Below, one piece after another: positions 1-15,573 of a stretch of DNA of 64,000 nt. The translations under genes were made by a program, and so were the position numbers. Source of the stretch: the human T2T-CHM13v2.0 reference genome, Homo sapiens; assembly GCF_009914755.1 (NCBI RefSeq), contig NC_060931.1, one strand, 5' to 3'. How positions within the stretch are numbered: the stretch's first letter is position 1; each line of letters begins with the position of its first letter. Under the pieces are notes generated by a model. The model was not told the DNA's origin. It worked only from the letters and a program-made list of their open reading frames with translations, and made no database searches.

Positions 1-344
1 ACAATTTTTAAAGCAAAAGAAGAGTTAGAACCATACTATCTGGGGTGATGTGTCTTGAGACAGCTATAGCAATAGCATCTACAGCCTTTCAAATCAAAGA
101 GTTATAATTATAAGAGGGAGATTGTGCTCAGAGTTGGGGGCACAATTTGAGATACAAGCCACCTTATACCAGTAAGGATTACTTTCAACTCCAAGTAACA
201 GAAAACTTGACAAACTAAAGAGCTTATGCACATCAAGGGTTTGTTTATCTTACTCAGTAAGAATCCATAAATGGGCCGTCCAGAGCTGGAGCTACAGTCC
301 AGTGTAAGTGCGTTAAAGAAGGCAGGGCCCTCTATCTGCTCCGT

Positions 345-1510
345 CGTCTCTAGTGAATAAAGTACCTATTGCTGTCTAACAGCATCACCACACTGTAGGG
401 GCCAAGGGAAAACTTCCCCTTTGTCCTCTGAAGATTTGCTGAAAAATCAACTGACAAAAGGCAGATTAATAGGAAAAATGGCATACAAATTTATTAGAGT
501 GCATGGGGGGAATCATAGAGTGATGACCCCACCACACAATGGGGTACAGATGGTTATATACCTTACTTCTTCTTAGGGGAAAAGGAGATTGGAAAATGTG
601 GATGATTTTAAGGGGGCTAGTAAATTATTTTTAGGGAAATTCAATGGGCTTGAAGAACATACAATGGCCTAGTACAAAGTCTGTTGGGCACACAGAGCAG
701 ACAATGGTTTGTGAAAAAATTCTTTCCAGCTGTATTGACAGACTTCAGTCCTTCTCCCCCTGCATATCAGTTCAATTTATGAGAACTTGGGGAAGGGTCC
801 AGAGGTAATTGTTTTCTTCTTTGATGGGTCCAGACTAGGCAGTCGGGGAAACTTCATGCCATGTTTTGAGAGTGAGAGAATTGAGAGATGGGAAGAGAGG
901 AAGGTCAGAGAAATCTTGAGGCTTCTTCTTCAATTCAGCATATCAAAGCACCCTATGTCAGTTTCTGATCACCAACAACACATTTAACAGCTTAAAACAA
1001 CTCAAATTTATTATCTCACTTTCTGTGGGTCAGAAGGCTCCAAATGTAGTTTAACAGGGTCCTCTGCAGGACTGCAGTCAAGATGTTGGCCAGGCTGGGT
1101 CTTCATCCAAAGCTTAATGGGAAAGAGCTGCTTCCAAGCTGTCATGGTTACTGCAGGCGTACCATTCCTCATGGAGCATTGATTGGACTGAGGGCCTCTG
1201 TTTTTTGCTGGCTCTTGGCTGGACACAACTCAGAGTTTTCAGTTGGTTCTTGGACAGACGCTGCCCTATATTCCTTGCCACATGTACCTCCCCAACATGG
1301 CCTCTTGCTTTGTCAAAGCTAACAAGAGAGAGTCCCTCAGTGAAACAGATGTTACAATCTTAATCACAAGAGTACTGTCTTAACACGTTTACTATTCTAT
1401 TGGTTAGAAGCAAGTCACGGATCCTGCCAATACTCAAGGGGAGAATACATGAGGGCACGAAGACCAGGTGGTGGGAATTATGGTTCCATCTTAGAATCTG
1501 TCTGCTCTAC
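345..1510 (-). mobile_element. MLT1-family MaLR LTR, interrupted by the ERV1 LTR at 394-977
   Basis: cagcttaaaacaactcaaatttattatctcac ... ggttagaagcaagtcac ... cttagaatctgtctgc are MLT1 motifs. Boundaries approximate. Confidence 0.7.
394..977 (-). mobile_element. Solo ERV1 (MER4-group) LTR
   Basis: TG...CA ends, 4-bp TSD ACAC (390-393 / 978-981), TTTATT near the left end, aaaggcagattaatagg motif. Confidence 0.8.
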
Positions 1511-3064
1511 CCAGCATGGGCACAAGATGGCTATTACACCTCCAGACACCCCATGTCCCAGGCAGGAAGAAGGAGAACGGGGATCTGCAGTACCAGAAGA
1601 CTTCCCTTACACATCATTGGTCAGAACTGTGTTGCACAGTCAGGCCAGCTCAAAGGCAGTCCAGAAATTCTAGTGTTTTGGATCTACATCTATAGCAGGG
1701 GCAGCCAAGAAGCGTTGGAAACAGAGCTTGTTATGTTAGCTAACCCACAGGGCCTGCCACTTATTCCAAAGGAAGACTATTATGGCTGGGCATGGTTTGG
1801 AAGAGAAATTGCAATCTTTGAACTGGAAGGAAAATATTTGTGTGACTGAGGTTTTAGTGATTTCACAAATGAGGATTACAAGACATGAGATGACTTGACA
1901 TGACCACAGTGTGATGTGATTTATTTTTTCTACCTCTCAGGCAGCTGTGGCCTGGAGAAATGAAGAGCTATATATATACATATGGGGGTTATAAAGCAAT
2001 GAGGTAGGTCCAAAGCACATACCAAAACCAGTCTCTAATTTTCTATTCTATGTTGCAAACATGGTAGTAATGCAAATGGACCTGCATCTTTATTCTTCCT
2101 TTACTGCATTGGCCATACTTTTTACAAAGCTAGCAAAGAGGACTCTAGCCTTTTACTGATGCTTGAAGAACCTTAACATTTTTGTAGAAAATATGCCATA
2201 AAAATGGAAAAGTTAACTATTTTCAGAATTGGTCTTAATGTTATCATTTCCTTATGTGAACTTTGCTCTCACATACATGCCCTTAGCACTTTACTTTAAA
2301 ATTAATTACTTGTCCTTAAGCTTTGGACAGACTAGCTCTCAATTCAAAATGGACCATGTTGCAAAAGTCAGCTCTCACCTTACTTTATGCCACAAAGAAA
2401 TCAGTTGAGCTGGAACCTTTCATGAATGTGGCAGTACTGCCTCAAGACAAAGTTTTCTGGGAACAAAATACTTTATAATCATGAAAGAAAATCAAATTAT
2501 CTTCCAGTTGTGCTCTCCTTAGGTGTGAACATTGTTGCACAAAAACTAGGCTCAACCTTGCCTGTAATAATTTTTCTCTTTGCTGCACAGTTTATTATTT
2601 CTTGATGGAATCAAGTCAAACTCTAGCCATATCAAGGTTCTTTATGAAAAAATAGGATGTTCTGTCAGTTTGAGAGATGAGTGGCAACACAAAAGACTTT
2701 AGTTATTCAGTTCTCTGGCTCTTATTAATTTTCCAAAAAGAGCATAACAGAATTTCAAATGAAGTTCTCCAGCTTTTCACTCTATTGATATATTTCTAGT
2801 TTATTATCATTTGTGCTAGTAAACTGGAATATATTTATATGTTCTGTCTTTATTAACTAGTACCTTTCTTCCAAAAGTTCAGCACTGATTAAAACGTATT
2901 GTTAATACTCGGGGCAACATGCAGACACTACTATCCTGAAACACTAGATCTGTGAAATCTGCTAACTTCTTTCTCCCAGGTAGAAAAAAATGGAACACTC
3001 TGAAGTAAAGAGGAAGACTTCCCACAGTGAAAAGAAGAAATGAGGCTGTAAAACAGCAAGAGGT

Positions 3065-3432
<368 letters not shown>

Positions 3433-3780
3433 TCAGTTGGAGTTCACGTTATATATAAGAGAGATTTGATGCAGATTACAATTCCATACCTTGATGGCTT
3501 TTCTAAACTCCTAATTTTTGACATAAGGAAGTCAAAAGGATTCAGGGTAATTCAGGGTGTGTTCTGATGTTACCTAGCATCATATTTCTGTTAGACTCTG
3601 GAGGACCTTGTTTTTCTAGCTCCTACAGAAACTCTCTGTTTAAAAAGCAATAAGAATCTCCTCTCAGGTAGTGATTTCTCAGCAAGTTTAGGAAACATTT
3701 TAGACAGTGGTAGCCCTTCTTGTGCTACTGTTTGAGTGAATCTGATGGGACCAGTCATCTCTGGGCAGCTCTTCTAGTGA

Positions 3781-4161
<381 letters not shown>

Positions 4162-4164
4162 TGA

Positions 4165-4635
4165 TTTCCGCTCTAAGAAACTGCCACAAAATTAGCAGCT
4201 TAAAACAACATGAATTTATTATCTACCAGTGCTGTAGGTCATACATCTGACATGGATCTCCAACCAAGGTGTCCGCAGAACTGCATTTTTCTGGTGGCTC
4301 CAGAGGTGAATGAATACACTCCCTTGCCTCTTCCAGCATTGAGATTCCTTAGTTTGTGGCCCCTTCTTCCATTTTCAAAGCCAGCAATGGTGGGTTAGAA
4401 TCCTTTTCACAGGGCATCACTCCGATCTCCTTCCATTTGTCTTTCACTTTAATGGAACGTTGTGATTACCCCTCCTGGATAATCCAGGATAACATTTTTA
4501 TTTTAAGATCAGCTGGCTAGCAACACTAATTCCATCTGCAACTTTAATTCCCCTTTGCCATGTAATGCAACATATTCACAGATTCTGGGAATTAGATGGG
4601 AACATCTTCGGGGGTCATTATTCTGCCTGATACAG
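4165..4635 (-). mobile_element. MLT1 (C/D-like) LTR
   Basis: cttaaaacaacatgaatttattatc ... ataatccaggataa ... gggggtcattattctgcct. Confidence 0.75.
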
Positions 4636-4662
4636 TTCCCGAGTAGTGTTTAAAAACAAGTA

Positions 4663-4956
4663 AGCCGGGTGTGGTGGCTCACACCTGTAATCCCAGCACT
4701 TTGGGAGGCCAAGGTGGGTGGATCATGAGGTCAAGAGATTAAGACCAGCCTGGCTAACACGGTGAAACCCCATCTCTACTAAAAATACAAAAAATTAGCT
4801 GGGCGTGGTGGCACGCACCTGTAGTCCCAGCTACCCGTGAGGCTCAGGCAGGAGGCTCAGGCAAGAGAATGGCTTGAACCTCGGAGGCGGAGGTTGCAGT
4901 GAGCTGATATCACACCACTGCACTCCAGCCTGGGCAACAGAATGAGACTCTGTCGC

Positions 4957-4998
<42 letters not shown>
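4663..4998 (+). mobile_element. Alu (S/Y) with a 41-A tail and an internal duplication
   Basis: Dimer; ggctcaggcagga repeated at about 4841-4866; pure A run 4958-4998. Confidence 0.95.
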
Positions 4999-5001
<3 letters not shown>

Positions 5002-5743
5002 GGGTTTTGATCAGCCAGTCACACCAAAGAGCAGTATTAAACCTGTTTATTACTGAAGTATGAATTCAGCTTTATCAACCAGCCTTGACTCACACTTAGA
5101 GGTCAGGATATAGTTTTATGGCCGATCAACTGTCTTTCCCTCTTCTCACCCTTTTCAAATGAATAGAGGAGAGAGCTCCCTCTGTATTTATATCTTCCTA
5201 CTTTCGGTCGCTAAGAATCCCTGTAAGTCCATGTGACAGAGACTGTAAGCTGTTAATCAAAGTCTGTCCTTTCTTGGTCCTCAGATAGACTACTTTTCCC
5301 AGCTTCTCTTTAAGTTAGGTGTGGCCATAAACTGGGTTTCAGCCAATGGAAGTGTATGATTCTTCCAGGCCTGGCTCATAAAATTCTCCTGTATGTGGTC
5401 TTCCATATTTTTCCCCCTCAGGAAAGAGGAAGGAGGAATCCTGATTATGGTGGAAATGACCATGGTGACGTTAACATCTAATGGTTTGGCTACCGAAAAC
5501 TCCTCAATGGCAAATTGTATCAGAGGTGCCTCTGACCTAGAACCCCTGCCTAGGGCTGGTACATAAGAAACAAAGGAAGCTCCTGTTCTAAAAGCTGATG
5601 AATGTATGGAACCTCTTGTTTACAACAGCTCAGCCTGTATTCATTAATTGTTTGCTCCTGCATTCTTGTTTTGTTGCACTCTCTCTTGTCTTCTTTACAG
5701 TGTATTTCTCCAGCCACATACTCCCTGTGCTATATTCTTGCAG

Positions 5744-5767
5744 CTGCTGCTGCTGCTGCTGCTGCTG
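5744..5767. repeat. (CTG)8 trinucleotide repeat
   Basis: Read directly; followed by TTG. Confidence 0.95.
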
Positions 5768-7273
5768 TTGCCTCCCATGCTGTTCTTATTGACTGCTCAG
5801 AGTTCTGGACCACCCACTAGCCTATATGATGCTTTAGTGAGTATTAGGAAAGGCATCTTTTTAGGGTGGTCAAAATAAAAGGCACCTTTTCCGGCTGATG
5901 TACTCCATGAGTGTACAGCTTGACAAATGGACCAACTTTTTGGTAAATCAAAATGTTCCCCTTTCTCTAGGTAGATGCATGCAGGTGCCAGGGCAAGGCT
6001 TGGTGAGCTACTTGCAGGCCTGGATTTGGGCTCCCATGTGCCCCCTCATCTGGGCACTTTGTGTATGGCACACAATGCACAACTCCCTATGGAGGCTCTG
6101 CTGGAACTCATCCATGGTGCACTTTCCTTCTGCCAATGCCACTTTCACTCTTAGTACCAATGGGCCCACATTAGGGTTGTGTAAGCCAGGCCCCTGTACC
6201 TTTGATGACTAAAGACATTTATTCCATCGGAATCATCTTTTTCACTCTTCTATAGAAAAAACATTTGATAGAAAAATATGGGATTCTGACTGTATGAACA
6301 TCCCCTCTGGAATTAGAACCTTAATATGTGCTGTCTCCAGGTATTAATGGATGTCTAAATGGAAATATTCAGAATTGGGGAGGTGTAAGGGGTGGGGACC
6401 CAGAGTTCATCTGACGTGGACCATTTCCCTTACCTTTATTCTCCAGGAAGATACACTGTTAGCACACTTATCTGTCAAACAGCCTTGTCTAGTAAACATG
6501 GCACCTGGCAAATGCACACCAGTTTGGAGCTTACTGGTATTTCTGAATTGTGGTGCACTGTGTCGCCTTCTTCAAGCTCCCCTCAAACACAGGGAAGTTC
6601 CCATATGGATTTTCCAAATCGGACATATTTTTGGGGGGAGGAACATGGGGAGACTACATTTTCCAGGCTGTCTTGCAGTTAGGTATGGACAGGTGACTGA
6701 GTTCTGACTAGTAGAATGTGGATTTAGAGTAATGTATGACACTCCGAAGCCAAGATAAAGAAAGCTTATCTTTAAAGAGATATCCCTTCAAGATAAAGAA
6801 ACCTAATTTTTATGAAGTAAATACATATTTCTGCATAAAGAAGGTGTTTGTTTATATTGGAAAGAAGTTTCTCTCGTTGTCTCAGAGAAGAAGAGGGGTA
6901 GATACCTGGCTCCTATTTAAGCTACCATTTTCATAATTAGGAGTTCCTCTCCTGTAGTACAAAATCCTTCCTTTTTATCTGTAGAGTCTGTTTTTCCTCA
7001 TTGTATAAATTCCAAAAAGGGAAATGGATTAGTTCAGTCATTGCTATAAGCAATAATAAGTCTGATCTTTGATCCAGAAACTTCATGTTTACTTTCAGGA
7101 AAAAAGAAATAAATATAGATATTTAAAACCACTCCCTTCGATTCCTTTATATTCTCTCCCGGCTTCTGGCTGGATGCAGAATGCTTAGTAGAGGACTCTG
7201 AAGTCTTAGGGAAAAGCAGGGCCACTAGATAGAAGAAACCTGTCTCCCAACGTCTGTGAAGAGAAGATACTTC

Positions 7274-7573
7274 TTTTTTTTTTTTTTTTTTTTTTTTGAG
7301 ATGGAGTCTCGCTCTGTTGCCCAGGCTGGAGTGCAGTGGCGCAATCTCGGCTTACTGCAAGCTCCACCTCCTAGGTCCACACCTGCCTCAGCCTCCCGAG
7401 TAGCTGGCACTACAGGTGCCCGCCACCATGCCAGGCTAATTTTTTTTGTACTTTTAGTAGAGACAGGGTTTCACCGTGTTAGTGAGGATGGTCTCGATCT
7501 CCTGACCTTGTGATCCGCCCGCCTTGGCCTCCCAAAGTGCTGGGATTAGAGGCGTGAGCCACCACACCCAGCC
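7274..7573 (-). mobile_element. AluY-like
   Basis: T tail, dimer, TSD AAGAGAAGATACTTC (7259-7273 / 7577-7591). Confidence 0.95.
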
Positions 7574-8255
7574 CCAAAGAGAAGATACTTCTGTTGGTCC
7601 ATGTTGGACTGCCATGTAAGCAAGAAGTTTTCCTTTAATATTTGAAGCCATTGGGATTTGTTTTGTTAAAACAGCTGACCTAACTTATTTCAAATACAAC
7701 ATGAATCTCAGTTCTCATAACTTGACATCAAAAGCACTGTGTTAGAAGAATTTATGTAAATCTTACAAATCAATGAATATAACACTTTTTATCGTTAGGG
7801 TTATTTCCAGATACTATATTAAAAAACTGAAATGATCTTTAAAATATATTATTCAAAATACTTAGCATAATGTCTGTAAATAGAAGACATGTTATATAAT
7901 AATGATGCTCTTATCTTTTAGGACATTGATATAATAGGTCTATTCACATTTTATTTAAATTTAAATATGTAAATGTCCCTTTTTAAGGAGCAGTTTGGTG
8001 TATTATATTGTAATGACATTCAGCCTCACTGCAAAATGTAGCTAATTTAGATCATTTCAGAGAAAATGACAACTGTTCCCTTATTACAAAGAGCATAAAC
8101 GAGATGATTTCTACTTTTTACTGACTAAAGTTAATCATTGATGTTAATAATACTTTATACTTACATAACACTTTGCTTCAGTGTATTTAATGCCTATTAT
8201 CACAAATGCTCAAAACATCTCTGTGAGCCAGGCAGGAGACAGAATTTAGTGGACA

Positions 8256-8369
8256 TGTGCGTGTGTGTGTGTGTGTGTGAGAGAGAGAGGGAGAGAGAGG
8301 AAGGAGAGAGGGAGAGGGAGAAAGGGAGAGGGGGAGAGGGAGGGAGGGAGAGAGAGAGAGAGAGAGAGA
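8256..8369. repeat. Compound (TG)n-(GA/GGA)n microsatellite
   Basis: Read directly. Confidence 0.95.
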
Positions 8370-9804
8370 TTGAGATTGAGTGTACATGCTTCCTTGGCTA
8401 TCCTACAGATGTAAACAGATAAGAGGCAAGTCCCTTTAGAGCAGATGTTTCCCCACAAGCTCTGTAGAAACTGTGATGTAGGCATGGAAATGAAACAAAG
8501 GTATGAGGATATCAATTGTTCATACTGGCTTGGCTGAAGTGAGAGTCCAGGAGTAAGTGCAGGTGTCTGGGGGCAACAGAGTCTAGGATGTGGCCACAAG
8601 TGTCCCATGGACATGGCACCAGAGTCTGTATTCAAAGTATATTAGTCTTGTTGGGTGATCTTGGCTGTGCCTTGCTTCTCTTGGTTCCTACTGTTTTTCA
8701 GCACTTCTCAAGTATCTTCATTGATTCTTTGAGGTACCCAATATTCTAAAGCACGCTTTTTTTTTTTTTTTTCCCTTAAGTTGTCCTGAGCTGGTTTTTA
8801 TTTTTGGCAACCAAAACCTCAACTGCACAAAGTGTTCAAAATTATTATTTTTGGTTTAAAAATTTTGTTGAAATGAAAAACTGGTGCCAGAAGAGAAGGG
8901 GAAATCTCTAGAATGAAAAGCCTTCTCAGGAAATTTGAGTAGCTGCCTGAGACCTACTTGCCTTGGCGGGTATCGGCCCCAACAGCTGATGTTCTGCTTC
9001 CCTGCTGGGACTCCTGGTGTAAAGCTCTGTGAGTCATTAAAGCACAAGGTGTCTCATTCCTGGTCACCCTTTAAACCTCAGTTGACCTCTCACTTTTTCT
9101 GGGAAGTGTCCAAAGGCTTCTCTTCTTTCTATTCTACACAGTTTGTGCTCCCATAGCATGCCCTGCATACACTTCATTGTGCTCAGTACACTGCGCAGCT
9201 GTGGCCATATTCTCCACTAAACTGGAAACACCTTTGAGAGGGAGCTTGTGCAATGTATCACTATGTCCCCAGGCCTGATACAGGAATTAGAACATAATAG
9301 GGACTCAACAAATGTCTACTGAATGAATTTCTCCAAAAGGAATGCCCTTAATATATTCCCAGGAACGCATGACAAATTTTTGAACTTCTATTTGCTCACA
9401 TTCCTAAACTGGAAAGCTATTTAATACATGCTGTGGCATTGTTTCCTGCTGTTTTTCTCAGCCTGGACTGGCACTAAGTTCTTTTACATGCATGGTCTCT
9501 CTGAATGTTAGTGACATCTAAGGACAGAAACTGAATTTGGGATTTTAGAGACATAAAGGAACTTGGGGATTATTTATCACCAACTCAAAATTGTTACCAC
9601 AAGAAAACTGAATTTGGCAATTTTGATTCACAGGCTTGGGGGCCCATAGCTGGTTAGAAGTCACATCTGTGATGACAAATCTTGTCTCCTGATTTCCAGC
9701 CCACTGCACTTGCCCCTAAACTATTTTGCTCTTTCCCAGTAAAACTGTATGTATACTTCCCAGAATATTTGGCTTGTCCCCAGAAAGGGAAGGGTGGTGA
9801 CTAA

Positions 9805-9904
9805 TAACTTGTCCAAGGTCATACAGCCAGTGAGTGGGAGGTGGGATTTGAAACTAGGAACATCTGATTGCCACACCTGCGCTCATTCCTACTCAGTCAT
9901 CTGC
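9805..9904. mobile_element. MIR fragment (copy 1 of a local duplication)
   Basis: taacttgtccaaggtcatacagc ... ggatttgaaactagg is the MIR core. Confidence 0.8.
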
Positions 9905-10911
9905 TCCTACACAGCATACAGTCATTATGCTAGACAGTCCATATTTCTTATGTTATTTAATTTTTAAATAGCACAATAGAAGTAGGTATTATTGTCTCTA
10001 TATATTGTGCGAATAATGAATCTGTAGCTCTGCGGGGGATGTTGCTCAAGGATACAAGCTGAGATCCAAACTTGGCCCTTGTGACTCAAAAGCTATCATG
10101 CAATTAGATGATCACACAAACGGACTGCTTCCTAACACAGAGGAATATTGTAGAAGTGACTTGTTCTCCATCTGAGCTTTTCTACCCTCCACTTACCAAG
10201 CCCAGCACTTGCCTGATCCAGTCCTACTTTTTTCTTACAATATGCTCCTTTTTCTACCCTTTCTATCAGTTTCTTTTCCAAACTGGCTCAGAGCTCACCT
10301 CCTCCTGGAAACCTTCCCAGATTACCACTCAGGCTTTCACCATATTCCTCTGCCTTTGCTCAAACATTAGAAGGAGGATTTAGATGTCATAGGCTGTTTG
10401 CTCAAACCATCAGGCAACAGTCTTTGCAAAGCATCTCAGAAAAATAGTTATTATTACTTAAAATTATCTAGCTTAAGGGCATTTATTCTAAAAATCTCAC
10501 AACTACTGGTATCAAATTTAAAAATTACAAATTAGAAGTAATTTGGGGATCACATTCTACCCTTTGTACAGATGAGGAAACTGAGATCTGGAGAGGTTAA
10601 GATGATGTATAGAGTTATACCCAAATTTAATAAGTGGTTGAATGGATTTAGGTTTGTTTTCTCCTATGGCAGTGGAAAATGCAGAGAAAAACCCAGTTGT
10701 GGTCAGTTCTGCAATATTTCTTCACAGGAATAGGGTTAGGTAAAATCTCCTTTTAACTTCTTCTTGTTTAGAACAAATAGGTTTTGCCTACCTCTTTTTC
10801 TCTTGTCTCTCCTCACCCCTACTCCTCTCTCTTCCCATTCTCAGTCATGCCTTATTCCCTAAAGAATTTTAAGCAGCTGCCATATAGTCACTGTTTCTCT
10901 AGGTTTCCCTT

Positions 10912-11273
10912 TGATAAGGTTTAGCTCTGTGTTTCCACCCAAATCTCACCTTGAATTTTAATAAACCCCACGTGTCAGGAGAGGGACCTGGTGGGAGGTA
11001 ACTGAATTATGGGGGCGAGTTTTTCCAGTGCTGTTTTCATGATGGTGAATAAGTCTCACGAGACCTGATGGTTTGATAAAGGGGAGTTCCCCTGCACATG
11101 CTCTCTCTTGCCTGCTGCCATGTAAGATGTGACTTTGCTCCTCATTCCCTTTCAGCCATGATTGTGAAGCCTCCTCAACTATGTGAAACTGTGAGTCAGT
11201 TAAACCTCTTTCCTTTATAAATTACCCAGTTTTGGGTGTGCCTTTATTAGCAGCATGATAACAGACTAATACA
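10912..11273 (+). mobile_element. Solo THE1-family MaLR LTR
   Basis: tgataaggtttagctctgtg...cccaaatctca ... cagactaataca; 362 bp; 5-bp TSD CCCTT. Confidence 0.92.
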
Positions 11274-11614
11274 CCCTTATAAACACATTTTCTCAGAAGG
11301 TATCTTTTGACTCACTGGAATTTGGAACAAAAGCCTTAGCGGTAAAATTATAGCCACCTGCCCTGAGTGCTCTCTAGAATACAACTATCCCTCAGAAAGT
11401 CATGACCATAATAAGCGCCTGGCTAAAGGCTCATTTTCTTTTACATATTCCACTATTCATGTTGTTTCATATTCTCCTTTAAATTGACTCAGTTTCCTTT
11501 CTAGGGGGATTTATGGAGGTTTCAGGGAGGTCTACATTGAGCTTCCTATAATATTGTTCCAGGCATGGACACAAAAATTTCAAAAGCTCTTTGTAGTATC
11601 AACAACAAAAATCA

Positions 11615-11968
<354 letters not shown>

Positions 11969-12027
11969 CTAATCCCTTTCCATCTTCTTAAAAATATGGA
12001 GGTGGCAGATTACCTATAAAAGTTTTT

Positions 12028-12327
12028 GGCTAGGTGTGGTGGCTTACGCCTGTAACCCAAGCACTTTGGGAGGCCGAGGAAGGTGGATTACCTGAGGTCA
12101 GGAGTTCGAGACCAGTCTGGCCAACATAGTGAAACCCCATCTCTACTAAAAATACAAAAAATTAGCTGGGCATGGTGGTGGGTGCCTGTAATATCAACTA
12201 CTAGGGAGGCTGAGGCAGGAGAATCACTTGAACCTGGGAGGTGGAAGTTGCAGTAAGCCAAGATGTGCCATTGCACTCCAGCCTGGGCAACACAGCAAGA
12301 CTGCATCTCAGAAAAAAAAAAAAAAAG
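12028..12327 (+). mobile_element. AluSx-like
   Basis: Dimer with cctgaggtcaggagttcgag, A tail. Confidence 0.95.
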
Positions 12328-12476
12328 ATATTCCCACACAAATGGGGTGCTCAGGAAGTTCTCCCAATGTTAGGGCCTCAGGGTATCAACAATTAAAGAT
12401 ACAAATCATTTAGTCTACATATGAAGCTGATGTTACATGTTGACTTTAAAGATATAGAAAGTGAAGTTTGCTGAAG

Positions 12477-12576
12477 TAACTTGTCCAAGGTCACACAGCC
12501 AGTGAGTGGGAGGTGGGATTTGAAACTAGGAACATCTGATTGCCACACCTGTGCTCCTTCCTACTCAGTGACCTGC
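12477..12576. mobile_element. MIR fragment (copy 2 of a local duplication)
   Basis: 95/100 identical to 9805-9904. Confidence 0.8.
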
Positions 12577-13077
12577 CTCTGTGGTTGAACACATGGAGCT
12601 TCTCACGTGTGGTGGATCATTGGATGGGAGCAGCACTGGATCACAGATGACACACCCATGCGAGGTAGCTATCTTTTTTCTTTTCTCCCCAAATTAAAAT
12701 GACACCAGGAAAGTACCAGTATTAGACTTACACAATATAGACACTTTTCTGGGTTCTGGTAAAAGTAAGGAGCCCCCAAGTTAAAAGCTATTTAATTTAG
12801 GGCTCTTTAGTTTGGGGGTGGTCTATTTGTGTGGAGGATTCCTTTATCTGTCGTGACAAGGATGTCTTAGATTTCATATTGTTTTCTTATTGAAAGTTTG
12901 TAAGGTCCTGAAATAGGATAAAATGAGATGGCGCAGTGGAAGGCGAGGCATTGATTGTTCTAGGTAAGTGTTACTGAACTTTTATATCATTTTACTATTT
13001 TTGCCAGGATAAAATGGATTCCAGAAGATATTCTTTGTATTTCCTCCTATGACAGTTTCTTATAAAAGGAAAATAAC

Positions 13078-13306
13078 ATGCATATTTTATATGTTATTGA
13101 TGTATACATGTATATATTATATATGCATTTATGTATATATGTATATATTATATATACACATTTATGTATATGTGCATATCTATGGAGAATGAAAACCAGA
13201 AATACAGAAAAAATTATATATAAAATCATATATACATAATTACATATAAATTATGTGTGTATATATACATATATATACATATATATACACACACACATAT
13301 ATATAT
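13078..13306. repeat. (TA)n/(CATATA)n low-complexity tract
   Basis: Read directly. Confidence 0.9.
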
Positions 13307-13439
13307 GGAGAAAAACTATTCTCATTTTCCACTTTTTTACTCACTTTGAATCCCAAGAGGAATTGCCTCTGGATATAGTATTACTGGAAATAAGGCCACC
13401 TGATGACTCAGTCCTCCTGACAGAAAAATGGTTATTTCT

Positions 13440-13749
<310 letters not shown>

Positions 13750-15229
13750 CTATTAAACATGCAAATGGTAAAGAGAAAAACGATTTGATAAAGCTTCTAT
13801 AATAGCTCAAACAAGCAGTTTATGAGCAGAGCATTGACAAGTGACAAATGGCACAAGATCTCTACATGGGCAAATTAGCAGCAGAAGACATTTCTATGCA
13901 CACTGGGCCAACATTAAGTAATTGGACAAACATGATTGCAAAAGATTTCATCTGTCTTAAAGAGAAATAGAGATTATTGTCAGAGTCCAGATAATTGCGT
14001 TTATATGGGTAGAGAGATCTCTTCATTAATTCCAAAACTGTGTAGCTAAAATTAAATTAAAAATAAAAATCTCATGAGGGTATTCTATATAGAATCATGG
14101 CTAAGAATATACAGAAAATGCAATAAAAAATAAATTACTAAAGCAAGTAAAGGTTTTCTTTCAATCTTACCCAATCCTTATATTAAATTATCTGAGCTTT
14201 AATCTAGGATTTAAAATTATTTGCAGCTAATGCTGTTCTTTTTCAGTATACTTCTAACTCATCTTGCCACAGACTCATGTATTATTCAGTGTGTACATGC
14301 TTCGAGACAAAGCATGCTCATTGTGAGGAATATCAATACCAATTAGGTTTCTCAGAAAATAAAACAAGGAAAAGTTTGTAAAGTTAAAAACAAAATTGCT
14401 TCTTTAAATTCTGTTGGTGAACTGCCAATGGTTTTTGAATCCTATATAAGATGACTTTATTTCTGTTTAAATACACAATAATTTAGCATTGATAGAAAGT
14501 GCTTGTGTTTTAAAAGTGTGCTTTTTTTTTCACCTTTGTAAGCTTCTGGACAAAGAGCAGAGGCAATTATAGTCTTATGAAAACACAGTCCAATAAATCT
14601 TGAGTCAAGGTAGTAGTATGTTCCTAGTCACCCCCTTCCAGAATGGCACCAGGAGTCTGCTAAATCATGCCTTATAGCTATCAGCCCCCCACCCTCCTTG
14701 ATCCCCCCACATACGGAGCCAGGCAGGAGAAAACGCTCCTTAGTGGGAGGCTTGCCAGTAGCACAGGCGACAACCCCATTCTGGGCTTTGTCAGGGTCCC
14801 AGGAAGCCTTTTCTATATAAACCTCAATGATCAGAACAGGCAGATTTTCTTACCTGTCACTTTCCATTCTCTTGAAGATTTAATATTAAAGTTTCCTCTA
14901 TAAAGAAGAATCAGTGACATGATAATCACAGTAGTAAGATAGCAATATAGCTGAAATATGGGGGAAAATGTTCTAGCAAAGTGTAACACAAAGCCAGTAT
15001 GTCTCAATATTATGAGTCTGTATAATCCTGTAATTTAAGTTTTTGTTTTCTACTACCATGGAAATATCTTCGAGAGTGCAAATAAGAAACTAAAGATACA
15101 GAAATGACTATGACACAGTCCCTGCCATGAAGAAGATCAAGAAGCCTATCCACAGAGAGGGGCACAATTACCACTGATGTAAATGTCATAATCGGAGTGT
15201 TTAAAGTTCTTGTTTTGATTTAAAATTTA

Positions 15230-15573
<344 letters not shown>

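Noticed and set aside
1400-1849. 149-aa ORF
   Set aside because: Non-ATG start inside MLT1 sequence and no recognisable domain.
5598-5878. ORFs with poly-Cys, poly-Ala or poly-Leu, and a possible expansion locus
   Set aside because: All three derive from one short (CTG)8 read in different frames; there is no exon context.
5260-8830. Additional very old LTR/L2/MIR fragments here and at about 24330-24720 and 33215-34330
   Set aside because: Probably MLT1- or LTR16-type remnants, but too diverged for me to give defensible boundaries or names.
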